A DNA stretch of 63,481 bases, the filler included, from Octopus bimaculoides (lineage: Eukaryota): the NCBI RefSeq assembly GCF_001194135.2. It is 5 parts of 5 records of this genome, joined end to end, with 100 filler letters (N's around TTAATTAATTAA, not from the genome) between each part and the next. Parts side by side here need not be neighbours in the genome. Positions count along the whole stretch, not along the records: positions 1 to 27,148 come from NC_069005.1; positions 27,249 to 51,052 come from NC_068997.1; 3 more parts are not named here. One strand, 5' to 3'. Made by a program: the position numbers and the translations under genes. Positions 26,238 through 39,188 of this stretch are shown here, one piece after another. A model generated the notes under the pieces. The model saw nothing but the letters and a program-made list of their open reading frames with translations, did not search any database and was not told the origin of the DNA. Position 1 is the first letter of the stretch. Every line of letters begins with the position of its first letter.

Positions 26238-27148
26238 GAAGTATTGGTAATGAGATATCGATAATATATATTGATATTTAGTGATCGATAGCACACATTG
26301 ATAGTAAGGTATCGATAACAGATATTGTCACAGAGATTTTTTGATAGTGTAGTGTCGATAATATATATCGATAATGTTCTATTGATAATGAGGCATTAAT
26401 AATCTAAATCGTATACTGACATATCGATATTGATAACATAAAATCTATATTGACAACGAGATATTGGTAATATAAATTGTAATGCGAGGTATCGATAATA
26501 GAGATTGTATATTCATAGCAAGGTATCGATAAGAAATAGTAATAGTGAACTATCGATGAGATATTGATTATATATATATATATATATATATATACATACA
26601 CACTGATAGTGTGATATTAATAGTAAAGCATTGATAATATATATAGTGATAACTATACATTGATAATGTCTATTGATAATGCTGAACTGATGATATATAT
26701 TGATTATGATATATTGAGTGAACACATTGATGGATGTACCCATCTGATAAGGGTACACCAGGCACATGCATATGTGCGCGACATGGTGATCTCAAACAGC
26801 GCATGACCCCGCAAGTGGGGCCCAGTTAGAATTTTCTTCAGGTCAAGTAGCCCATCTCGCTCAAAAGGTCCCTGAATAAGGGTTGTTTAAGGATGTTGAG
26901 CAAAACACCCATGTTTCCAGAGGTGAATTATCCATACCCCAAAGAATTCCTCTCAACACATGGCTATGATGCTCCCCACTACTTCTGCTCGTGATCAGAG
27001 ATGCACATATTGTCAGCCACCAAGGGACATGCTCAACTGGTTAAGGTCAAACCACTGACAAGCAAATGTGTGGTATTGAGCAGAATATTTGCTGTAGACC
27101 ATCTTTTTATACTAAGACAAAACAATGTACATGATAACACTTCCAATC

Positions 27149-27248
27149 NNNNNNNNNNNNNNNNNNNNNNNNNNNNNNNNNNNNNNNNNNNNTTAATTAA
27201 TTAANNNNNNNNNNNNNNNNNNNNNNNNNNNNNNNNNNNNNNNNNNNN
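27149..27248. other. Artificial scaffold-join spacer (44N-TTAATTAATTAA-44N); same at 51053-51152, 56514-56613 and 61264-61363
   Basis: Four identical 100-bp constructs carrying a six-frame-stop linker. Confidence 0.95.
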
Positions 27249-28078
27249 TCTCTATCTATCTTCAAACATTAGAGTATCGTTGGTCATAAATTGTCGATTT
27301 CGATCAGAGCTGAGTAGGGAATAACCGACAATGAAACAACATCACCAGCAGCAACAACAGCAGCAGCAGAAGCAGCAGCAGAAGCAACAACAACAACAAC
27401 ACCGCTCAGAATTTCCCCTTCAAGCCACAGATGAGAAGTCCATACAGTAGATAACGATCGGAACTACGTGTGTTCGTTGCTGTTAGAAATCGGAGAGCTT
27501 CATACCTGCTGCTTGTCGCGAAACTCCGAACAGAGTACATGAGTGTTTCCTCTGTGTGTGCGTGTGTGTATGTGTCTGTGTGTGTGTGTGTATTTGTGTG
27601 TGCGTGTGTGTTTGTGTGTTTGTGTGTGTATGTGTGTGTGTATACATACATACACACAATTTTATGTATGTATGTCATTGTTCAGTTTTAGTTCAAGATT
27701 TCTTGCCAATAGAGAAAGAGTCGGGTTCTAACCTAGATCCAAGGCTCCACCATTGGTATTTCAACAGGGCATTTTTGTATGTATGTATGTATGTATGTAT
27801 GTATGTATGTATGTATGCTTGTACATATGTATGTATGTACATATGTATGAACATGTGTATGTATGTACATATGCATGTATGAACATATGTATGTATGTAC
27901 GTATATGTATATAATGTTATGGCATACATTTTCTTTTTAAATATTTGATTAATATCTAATTTACCTCTTCTTTCATTTAATTCGAATTATTTTTTATTCT
28001 TTGCCATTTTCTTCTGCTAAATGTTTTCTCCTTTTCTGTACGTCGTCTTCTAAATCCCTTTCTTTTTTCTGCACCCAG

Positions 28079-28353
28079 GAGATCCCAACACGAAACCATG
28101 GTTGGCTACATACGCTGGTTGGCGAGAAAAAGGTGACCCTTGTTTTGGCCGCTGGGTTCGAAATATCTGCGTGTTCGGAATTGGTGATATTCTTTACCTC
28201 ACAGAAAAGAAACATTTATTCGCGAATAAGTTCTATGTGAACCAGCAACCATTAGCTTTAGATTGCATGGAAGAATGGCTGTTGAAGAAGGCTTGCAAAC
28301 CTCTGAATCTGGATCTTTCTTATTACAAAGGACTTCCCTTTATCAAGGCATGA
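28079..28353 (+). CDS. GCNT1-like: Terminal coding exon of a core-2/I-branching beta-1,6-N-acetylglucosaminyltransferase (GT14, GCNT family)
   Basis: Long pyrimidine tract ending gcacccAG at 28078. The phase-1 exon reads (G)DPNTKPWLATYAGWREKGDPCFGRWVRNICVFGIGDILYLTEKKHLFANKFYVNQQPLALDCMEEWLLKKACKPLNLDLSYYKGLPFIKA*. This matches the GCNT C-terminal motif C-x-G-x3-R-x-[IV]C-[IV]FG-x-GD-x9-LFANKF-x8-C-[LM]. Upstream exons were not recognised. Confidence 0.85.
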
Positions 28354-28904
28354 CAGCTGACATAAGATCAATGTCTTTCATTCAGCCAGGATGCAAACAG
28401 GTGACAGGCAGGTTCGAGTCAAGAAGAAGTGCTCCAGTGATTGCTGGTTACGTTTCCCATAAATTATGATAATGTGTTTTTCGTTTATTTTTCATGATGG
28501 TTTTTGTATGTCTTTTATAATTTTTCAAGATTAAAAAAAACACAAAACAAAACATATTTTGATCGATCTATTTATTTTTCTGTCCATCGTCTGTTATGTG
28601 CTCTCTCTCTCTCTCTCTTTCTTTCTCTATCTCTCTCTCCCTCACGCACACACACACACCCTCTCTCTCTTCCTTCTCTTCCCTCTTTATCTCACTCTTA
28701 CCCCCTCACCCCCTCTCTCTCCATCCAGTAATCATCCGGACGTTCGCTGTATTACGCATCTGGCGATCTGTCAAAGTCAGTTTACATCTCGTCTCATCTT
28801 TGTATATGTGTGTATGTGTCTTTATGTTTGACACCTTCACCCCACACTGCTTGACAACCAGTGTTGGTTTGTTTACATCACTGTAACTTAGCGGTTTTCA
28901 ACTA

Positions 28905-29105
28905 TAGGTACAAGGCCTGAAATGTGGGTGAGGAGATGAGTCGGTTACATTAGCACCAGTACTCAACTGGTAGTTATTTTATCAGACTCCAAAAGATGAT
29001 CGACAAAGTCAACCTCTGCAGAATTTGAACTCAGTAAGGTGAAGCCGGAGGTGATGCCGTTAAACATTTTGTCCGGTATACTAACGATTCTGCCACCTCG
29101 ACACT
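28905..29105 (-). mobile_element. Family B SINE (diverged)
   Basis: caaagtcaacctctgcagaatttgaactcag core. Confidence 0.65.
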
Positions 29106-29153
29106 TAAATAACAATAATAATAACAACTGCAATAGCAATAGCAGCTGTAGTA

Positions 29154-29201
<48 letters not shown>

Positions 29202-29616
29202 ATAGTTAACTAACTTATAATAATGGTCGTCACGGTGTTATTAGGGTGGTAATATAAGTATTATTGCCAGAAAAAGATAAAAACGATCTGAAGGAGGTTT
29301 TTCAAGTACTTCCAGTTTTTTTTCTCTTTCTTTCTTTTGCCCAAACCATTGTTCTGGTACCATTTCATAAACTAATGAGGATGACTTTCTTTAGAAATGG
29401 TTAGATATGTATTTATGCAAGCATGTGTGTATGTATGTATGTATGTATGTATGTATGTATGTATGTATGTATGTATGTATGTACGTATGTATGTGTATGT
29501 ACATGGATGGTTGGAGGGATGATCGCTGGATGTATAGATAAATAGGTACAGAGATAGATAGGCAGACAGACAGAGAGAGAGAGATCGACAGATAGATAGA
29601 CAGGCAGATAGACAAC

Positions 29617-29686
<70 letters not shown>

Positions 29687-30205
29687 GTAAAGATAAATAT
29701 AAATATAGATATATGTGTAATAAAACTCTGACACGCATACACAAAAACATGCACACATGCATATTTGCGTGTGTGCGTGCGTGTGTNNNNNNNNNNNNNN
29801 NNNNNNNNNNNNNNNNNNNNNNNNNNNNNNNNNNNNNNNNNNNNNNNNNNNNNNNNNNNNNNNNNNNNNNNNNNNNNNNNNNNNNNNNNNNNNNNNNNNN
29901 NNNNNNNNNNNNNNNNNNNNNNNNNNNNNNNNNNNNNNNNNNNNNNNNNNNNNNNNNNNNNNNNNNNNNNNNNNNNNNNNNNNNNNNNNNNNNNNNNNNN
30001 NNNNNNNNNNNNNNNNNNNNNNNNNNNNNNNNNNNNNNNNNNNNNNNNNNNNNNNNNNNNNNNNNNNNNNNNATGTACGTATGAATGCGTATAAAGTATT
30101 ATTTACGGATGATTGAGAGAAGGAAGAACTGAGGGGGGGGGGAGAAAAGTAAGCACATTCGCTAACTACAACAATAGAAAAGTTTATAAGTATATTGCGT
30201 GGCAC

Positions 30206-30254
<49 letters not shown>

Positions 30255-30398
30255 TGTAATAATAATAATTGGTGATGATGATGATCATGGTGATAATCAT
30301 AATGATGATGGTGATGATGATTAATAATCTAATTGAAGTATACAGACGGTAGAAATTCAATGCTACTAAGAACGGGAAATAAAGCGCAGACTAAATAC

Positions 30399-30441
<43 letters not shown>

Positions 30442-30580
30442 CACATGTATATATACAAATATACAAATTTATAGACATACATGCATACACATATGCACAG
30501 ACATTCACATATATTCACGTACAAAAACACATATACACATATCTACACTTGCATACGCTCACATACATGCATATTCACAC

Positions 30581-30620
<40 letters not shown>

Positions 30621-31563
30621 CCATACACATTTACAGTCTCAATTACTCAAGAAATACATAAGCCAGAAATACATGCTCTGTAAATATAAAATAAAATGAA
30701 ATAAAACGAAGTTTCCGAAATCATGTACAACTAAAACCGCAGTACCTAGCCTCTCCTCTCTGCTGAAACGGGGACTAAAATCCCCACACACAAACCCCCA
30801 GTCTAACCACTATCTCTCAAGCAAAAACCCACTCTAAAAACGCTCTAATCTTTCACTCTAACCTCCACTCCACCACCCCCACCACCACCTCTCTAAAACA
30901 AACACTGAAACTCCCATATTCTAAAACATCCCACACGAAAATCTACGGAGTAGAAACTCACACTCACTCCTCACGCACATGCACACGCACGCACGCGAAC
31001 GCCTAAAACAGAACCTACAAGCGAAAAGCTCGAGCGCAGTAAAGCCTACATAGTAAATACTCACACACACACACACACACACACAGGCACGCGCACGCAC
31101 ACACGCACACATACATACACACACGTGCGCGCTAGAAATGCCCGACACTCAGTGAAAACATACGAAATACATACACTGCCAACATTTCTTAAAAAGACAT
31201 GCCACCTCTGAACACACAATCAGTGAAACACACCAAAACTACTCTTATATAAGTGAAATACACACACACGCATACTCACACACACACACACATACACACA
31301 CACACACACGCTCACACAACGAATTACACAATAAAACACACAAGACACACCAAATATAAATATAAATCAAGGGTTTAGTCAGAACAGAATATATTCCATC
31401 CATTATTAGATATTTTACCATCCGTTCTCTTATTGATTTATTGATTAACTTCGATAATTTTCTGAAATGATTTTCTCGCTTTCAGAAAAGCAGCCATTTT
31501 CTAATTTTTTTCCCTCCTAATTTTTTATATATTTTTACTATAAAATTATCATCATCATCATCA

Positions 31564-31631
<68 letters not shown>

Positions 31632-32008
31632 TGTTGTTGTTGTTGTTGTTGTTGTTGTTGCATTTTTTAAATACAAACATGAATTTACAAATATCAAGAA
31701 GCAAGATTCGATTTTTTCTTTACAGAAACAAAAAGAATAAAAGAAACAAATGTTTCTAAAAATTTCCAAAAGGTTTTAAAAAGTTTGAAATGCATGAAGT
31801 CAACTTGAAAAGTAGATTATTAATTATAGCATTAGTTTCCCATAGGAAGATTTTCAGTAAAAAACATATGAATACATATACAATACACACACACGCACAA
31901 ACACACAGACACACACATATAAATGCACGTGTTTGTGTGTATGTATGTTTATATGTATGTATAAGCTTATATACGTTTATATATACATATGTATATGTAT
32001 GTGTATAA

Positions 32009-32039
<31 letters not shown>

Positions 32040-32050
32040 CGTGTGTGCGC

Positions 32051-32089
<39 letters not shown>

Positions 32090-35000
32090 TATAGACATTG
32101 ATGGCATTTAGAAAATTACTATTTGTAAATCTCACAACGAGAGATATTTAGCAACAGTACTTTGGAGAACAGATTGTTTGCCAACATAACATGGCAGTCC
32201 TGGGTTAGGACGAATGTTGCTGTAATTTATCCCCTGGAGATATCGTCTCCAGCTGGCTATACGACACGATGTATGTCCTTATATTTTCGAACAAGGGAAT
32301 CTAGCACCCCAACTCAGCTCAAAACAATATCTGTGAAATCAAAGGGCGTGAAGCCGCCGCATGCCTCGACCTGCACACGCTGGCTGCTGCGACAGCTCGT
32401 ATGTGTCGGTCTCAGTCAATATTTGCACCACGACCAATGCAAATATTAGACTGAGACTGATGCATATGGGCCATCGCAGCAGTCACTGTGCTCCACGCAC
32501 GGGTCAAATGAATCCAGAAAAAAAGAGAAAGTCAAGAAAGAAATATTGCAATTCAAGAAAGGGCTTCATACTTTGAAATTTCACCAACAGAAATCTAGGT
32601 GACAACATTTTATGCCAAATGAATGAAAGAGAAGGCAAAATTCTATAGCCAGATTCAACATTAGAAAACTTGAAAGAACAAGATAATGCACAAGTAGTAG
32701 CCAAAGAGGATGCAAGAACCATATATAGGCCAATTGAAGATATACCTATGGCTAAAAGCCTTACGGAAATCAATGGTTAAACGTAACGGAAGGTTTGATG
32801 ATTGCTGCCAAAGATCCGACTGCCATCACATCATAAAGGATGGAACAAATTCAGAATGCAAGAGTGAAAGTTGTAAATAAACCATCAACTACTTTGTCTC
32901 TGTATTTCTGGAATTAGTGAAAACCTGAATACATCCACAAGCATAATATAGCAATGATGTACTTCTGCTGGAAAAATACGGTGGAGTTACAAGATCGAGA
33001 CGAGTTGAGGAGTGACAGGCTGTGGCGAAGCAAGGATGTGTGCCGTCTGAAACAACCCTTAAATTCGCCGCTCCAATTAACCCCGGATCCTATACAGGCT
33101 TATGCAGCAGACCCGAAAGTGCCGCATCAACAAAAGCGCAGCCCGGGGTGGACCACCAACATCACTTCTCTCTCTCATCTAACTACGCTACTGGTTGCAG
33201 CAGCATCAACCAAACGTGGTCACCGACAACAACTATGTCACCATCCTCCTGGACATGGCCATCCACACTGAGAGGAAGATAAAAGTTTGATATCGTTTTC
33301 GAAAAGTGATGCAAAAGTAACTAAATTAAACTACAATATTTCGTTTGTTTGGGTTTTATATAGCTGATGTTGGCCCAAATGAAAAACAAACAAACACTAA
33401 AAGACCCTTTATAATTGTCCAAACATCTTATCTCCACCCCTCGAAAAAATCCCATTAAAATATTTCCATTACAAATGATACTTTATAATCCATCATCTTG
33501 AATCAACATTTCTAATCATCATCAAACACAGATATGCGTTTAGATCCATTAGTTTCACATTTAGTGCCTTACAGAGAGAACATGATTGTCAATAAACTTT
33601 ACATATTTTAAAGTGCCAACAAGGTCACGTGGCTTCACCCTAAGTTGATTTACAAGCATGTATAATGAATTAAGTGTATTGATGATCAATTCTTTTATGA
33701 AATCTTTGATGAGTATTGATTAACAACGGTTTCATGAATATTTATTATTCTATGTTGTATATGTATCCATTGACTTAATCGATCATAGATCAATCCGATG
33801 AATAGCTGATTTCAAACTTCGGTGAATGCAATATCGAGAAGCTTCTACACGATCATTCGCTCTACTAGAAATAGAAACTAAATATACTTCAAATCACATC
33901 CTGACTCTTAAAAGCAAAAAAGGCAGGATGCATCGGATAATGTAGTCTTATCCTTAACGGAACGGGATGGTCACGGTTGTGAAGACTCTGAACTTAAGTT
34001 TCCTTGATCAGAGTCAACTTTAGGCAAAACAACAATAGGCGCAGCTGTGTGGTAAGAAGCTTGCTTCCCAACCACATGGTTCCGGAGTCAGTCCTACTGC
34101 AGCAAATTGGGCAAGTGTCTTCTTCTATAGCCCTAGGTCGACCAAATCCTTGTGAATGCATTTGGTAGCAAATAAATGTTTAGAAATTAGTTTTATAGAT
34201 ACTTCAAAATTCCTTTTTTTTTTTTTCGTTTATTACACATTAACTATGAAAAAATATCAGAGAGAGAAACCTAACTGTTTCTTGCTATAAATACTTCTAA
34301 AGCAAAANNNNNNNNNNNNNNNNNNNNNNNNNNNNNNNNNNNNNNNNNNNNNNNNNNNNNNNNNNNNNNNNNNNNNNNNNNNNNNNNNNNNNNNNNNNNN
34401 NNNNNNNNNNNNNNNNNNNNNNNNNNNNNNNNNNNNNNNNNNNNNNNNNNNNNNNNNNNNNNNNNNNNNNNNNNNNNNNNNNNNNNNNNNNNNNNNNNNN
34501 NNNNNNNNNNNNNNNNNNNNNNNNNNNNNNNNNNNNNNNNNNNNNNNNNNNNNNNNNNNNNNNNNNNNNNNNNNNNNNNNNNNNNNNNNNNNNNNNNNNN
34601 NNNNNNNNNNNNNNNNNNNNNNNNNNNNNNNNNNNNNNNNNNNNNNNNNNNNNNNNNNNNNNNNNNNNNNNNNNNNNNNNNNNNNNNNNNNNNNNNNNNN
34701 NNNNNNNNNNNNNNNNNNNNNNNNNNNNNNNNNNNNNNNNNNNNNNNNNNNNNNNNNNNNNNNNNNNNNNNNNNNNNNNNNNNNNNNNNNNNNNNNNNNN
34801 NNNNNNNNNNNNNNNNNNNNNNNNNNNNNNNNNNNNNNNNNNNNNNNNNNNNNNNNNNNNNNNNNNNNNNNNNNNNNNNNNNNNNNNNNNNNNNNNNNNN
34901 NNNNNNNNNNNNNNNNNNNNNNNNNNNNNNNNNNNNNNNNNNNNNNNNNNNNNNNNNNNNNNNNNNNNNNNNNNNNNNNNNNNNNNNNNNNNNNNNNNNN

Positions 35001-35460
35001 NNNNNNNNNNNNNNNNNNNNNNNNNNNNNNNNNNNNNNNNNNNNNNNNNNNNNNNNNNNNNNNNNNNNNNNNNNNNAAAGAACAAAAACGTCTTCATTTG
35101 AAATCCTGTTGGTTTGGCTTTCAATCAATTATTCTTTTATAGAAATTGTCTTGTCTGGTTTGAGGAGATGAGGGACAGAGGGGGGAGGGAGAGGAATAAG
35201 GAGACGGGAAAGACTGTGAAGAGTGCGTGAGAGAGGGAGGGGAAGTAGATGAGAGGAAAATGAAGAGAGAGAGGATGCGAGAGAGAGAGGATGCGAGAGA
35301 GAGAGGATGCGAGAGAGAGAGCAGAGAAAGTGAAAGTTGAAAGGTGAAGAGGGGGTAGAGAAAGAGGAGAGAAGGGGAATTAGAAAGACAAGGGGAGACT
35401 AAAAAAGAGGGAGAAAGAAGAGTAGAGGGGAGAGGGTGAATGAGGAAGTAAGGTAGATAG

Positions 35461-35510
<50 letters not shown>

Positions 35511-35871
35511 TTAGGGACTGTATGAGTGTGACGTAGACTGTATATGAGTGAGAGAGTGAGTGAGTGAGTGAGTGAGTGAGCGAGTGAGTGAGTGGAGAGG
35601 TGACTGGGTACTAAAAAGAAGACTCAATGAAAGAATGACAGCAATAGTGAGTATTACTTAAGAGGGAGAAGATGCGGGGATATATATATATAGAGAGAGA
35701 GAGGCAGACAGACAGAGAGGCAGACAGAGAGGCAGACAGACAGAGAGGCAGACAGAGAGACAGACAGAGAGACAGACAGAGAGGGAGAGAAATCTGTACT
35801 TTTTGTTCAGAATCGATCGTCTACCATTTCAGATCACCATCTCTTAGCACTGATTACAACANNNNNNNNNN

Positions 35872-35908
<37 letters not shown>

Positions 35909-35946
35909 GTATGTATGTATGTATGTATATATATATATATATATAC

Positions 35947-35987
<41 letters not shown>

Positions 35988-36155
35988 CACACACACACAC
36001 ATACATACATACTTGTGTTTACTCACCACTACCACTAACAACAACCACTACAACACAAGTATACCATCTGAATATTATTTGTAGTGTAAATGAGTAGAGG
36101 TGGGTGAGTGACAGAAAAAGAGATTAGTCTCTCTCTCTTTCTCTTTCTCCGTCTG

Positions 36156-36201
<46 letters not shown>

Positions 36202-36202
36202 A

Positions 36203-36252
<50 letters not shown>

Positions 36253-36743
36253 TTCTCCTTCTCCGTCTCACTTTCTCTGACTCTCACTATTCCTCCACCT
36301 TCCCTCTCCCTTCCACTCCAGACGTGTAAGAATGACCTCCTGGTGTGAATGACTCACTCACACAACACGGGAATCTGGCTCAAGTCCAATGAGTAACTTA
36401 ACGACATTTCACACTGGTCAGACCTGGTTCTACTTTAACACTACCAAATCACATCACATGCACATACATTCCCTCTCTCTCTTTATCTCTCTCCCACTCT
36501 CTCACCCTCCCTCTTTCTCACAGACACACATACAGACACAGACACACACACACACATGCACATAGACTTACGCAATGTACATATGTGCCCGTGTCCGTGT
36601 GTATGTGTGTGTGTGTGTGTGCGTGCGTGCGTGTGTGTACGTGCTTGTATGTGTGGGTGTGTGCGCGCGCGTGTATGTGCGTGTGTATGTGTGTGATTTT
36701 ATGTATGTGTACGTATGCATATATATGTATATGTAGATGATTA

Positions 36744-36783
<40 letters not shown>

Positions 36784-37039
36784 ATGTCTGTGCACACGTT
36801 TGAATGTGGTGTGTGCCAGAGGGTTTGCAAATCCAATGGGGGTCTTAAAAGACATGTTAGGATCCACAATGAGCAGAACTTACTTGCAGGTATTGGTAGT
36901 GCAAATCAGAGGTGCAATCTGTGTGGGTGTTTTTTCAAAACACTGTCTGGTTTAAAAAGCCACATCAGACGCCATGAAAGGGCTAAGGTGTAGGTGCAGG
37001 AGGTGGTCAGACTCTGTTTAAGGAGTAGACAACCACCAT
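36784..37039 (+). mobile_element. Two-C2H2-finger ORF end, probably the 3' end of a LINE
   Basis: CGVCQRVCKSNGGLKRHVRIH and CNLCGCFFKTLSGLKSHIRRH, with a long non-TGEKP linker. Starts abruptly after (TA)n, has no splice acceptor, and carries a short 3' tail up to the gap. Confidence 0.55.
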
Positions 37040-37368
37040 NNNNNNNNNNNNNNNNNNNNNNNNNNNNNNNNNNNNNNNNNNNNNNNNNNNNNNNNNNNNN
37101 NNNNNNNNNNNNNNNNNNNNNNNNNNNNNNNNNNNNNNNNNNNNNNNNNNNNNNNNNNNNNNNNNNNNNNNNNNNNNNNNNNNNNNNNNNNNNNNNNNNN
37201 NNNNNNNNNNNNNNNNNNNNNNNNNNNNNNNNNNNNNNNNNNNNNNNNNNNNNNNNNNNNNNNNNNNNNNNNNNNNNNNNNNNNNNNNNNNNNNNNNNNN
37301 NNNNNNNNNNNNNNNNNNNNNNNNNNNNNNNNNNNNNNNNNNNNNNNNNNNNNNNNNNNNNNNNNNNN

Positions 37369-37403
<35 letters not shown>

Positions 37404-37607
37404 GAGAGAGACTTGTACATACATACATACATATACAACATTTACACGTGTGTACAATTCCGTTACCTCTAAACTTAACACCCTGATATTCTCTGTTTTA
37501 GCATCCAACATTGATGAGGTAAAAAGAGAATCAAGCGATGCCACACCATTCTGGACATTAGAACCGAAATGAATAATAAATACATATATTATATCATCAC
37601 GCAGATG

Positions 37608-37646
<39 letters not shown>

Positions 37647-37760
37647 CGAGAGGGAGAGAACGATAGAGAGAGGGAGAGTGTGTGTGTGTGGGGGGAAAGG
37701 TAGTAAGAATGGGAGAGGAAATAAAGGAGTGAGAGAAACCACGCGCTTGTGTGTGTTTGA

Positions 37761-37803
<43 letters not shown>

Positions 37804-38236
37804 TATATGTGTTGATACACACACACACATATATAGATACATGTATATATGCATACCTATACATTTATATTTATGCATGTATATATGTATGTACGTGTGT
37901 GTATGTATGTATGTATGTATGTATGTATGTATGTATGTATGTATGTATGTATATATGCATGTATATTCGTACGTATGCATGCACACACATGTACACTCAT
38001 GCACGCACACATGCACACATACACAGATATATATANNNNNNNNNNNNNNNNNNNNNNNNNNNNNNNNNNNNNNNNNNNNNNNNNNNNNNNNNNNNNNNNN
38101 NNNNNNNNNNNNNNNNNNNNNNNNNNNNNNNNNNNNNNNNNNNNNNNNNNNNNNNNNNNNNNNNNNNNNNNNNNNNNNNNNNNNNNNNNNNNNNNNNNNN
38201 NNNNNNNNNNNNNNNNNNNNNNNNTTGCATACTTTA

Positions 38237-38320
38237 TTCCTACATATGTTTCAAAGGATTACAACCTGTGTGATCTATAGGGATCTTTGATATTAAAATT
38301 GTAACCTTCTCATCAGGGAA
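38237..38320 (-). ncRNA. Mirror-image type I hammerhead motif in the left arm of the palindrome
   Basis: Reverse complement of 38383-38466 with two substitutions in the distal stem II region; CTGATGA, GAAA and GUA are intact. Confidence 0.7.
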
Positions 38321-38382
38321 AGCATGGGAATCATCTTAAACGTAAGACATTAATGTCTTACGATTAAGATGATTCCCATGCT

Positions 38383-38466
38383 TTCCCTGATGAGAAGGTT
38401 ACAATTTTAATATCAAAGATCCCTATGGATCACACAAGTTGTAATCCTTTGAAACATATGTAGGAA
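38383..38466 (+). ncRNA. Type I hammerhead ribozyme motif with extended stem II
   Basis: TTCC-CTGATGA-GAAGG.TTACAA...GATCC-CTAT-GGATC...TTGTAA.T.CCTTT-GAAA-CATATGT-A-GGAA. Palindromic stem III (ACATATGT); GUA at 38460-38462. Confidence 0.75.
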
Positions 38467-38614
38467 TAAAGTATGCAATTATAACATGCGTTTTCTCCAA
38501 TCCTTAAATTCTTATATATATATATATATACATACATGAATCGTTTACATGCCAAGTAGTTAGAAACAGAGGGATACAGTTCTGCTGAAGTGCTGAATTC
38601 ATTCTAGATCCTAT

Positions 38615-39070
38615 AATGCCAACTTGTTTAGCAAGTGTAAGACTGGCGTAATTGAGAACTTCCTGATACAATCACAATTGCACTGGGTTGGCAATGTCGT
38701 CAGAATGAGTGACGAAAGAACATCCAAAGTCCTCATGTAGAGCCAGCTTGAGAGTAGACACAGGAATGTTGGCCGGCCATGGCTCAGCTATAAGGACAAG
38801 CTGAAAAGTAACCTCTTAGCTGACAACACCTTTGAGCGAACAGCCTTGGTACGAACAAAATGGAGATTGTTGTGTCAAAACGGTATTAAAAACTTTGTTG
38901 CAGCCAGCATTAAACAGGCTTTGGATAGCAAGGCAAAGGAGAAAAGCGGACGCAAATATATCACCTGCACTGACCTGTAATCCTCTAACTTGCAACATTT
39001 GTGGACTTCTTTGCAAATCGTTGGTGGGAATCAAATGTCACATTCGACATAAGCATTATGACTGACAAAG
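38615..39070 (+). mobile_element. RTE-like LINE 3' fragment with terminal C2H2 finger
   Basis: IENFLIQSQLHWVGNVVRMSDERTSKVLM*SQL...GRPWLSYKDKLK, then LTCNICGLLCKSLVGIKCHIRHKH*. Confidence 0.8.
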
Positions 39071-39129
39071 CAAGAGTACGTTGTCGGAGATTCACACGTC
39101 GAAATCGACAGGAGAGTCCATCATATATA

Positions 39130-39188
<59 letters not shown>

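Larger units (their letters stand above)
38225..38478. repeat. 254-bp near-perfect palindrome
   Basis: 127-bp arms, no loop, centre 38351/38352, three mismatches; the left arm abuts an N gap. Confidence 0.95.

Noticed and set aside
27193-27204. PacI-like TTAATTAATTAA as a regulatory site
   Set aside because: Assembly linker placed symmetrically in Ns.
32504-32773. Hydrophobic 89-aa ORF resembling a membrane protein
   Set aside because: It is the antisense of a purine-rich strand, has no ATG start, and shows no family motif.
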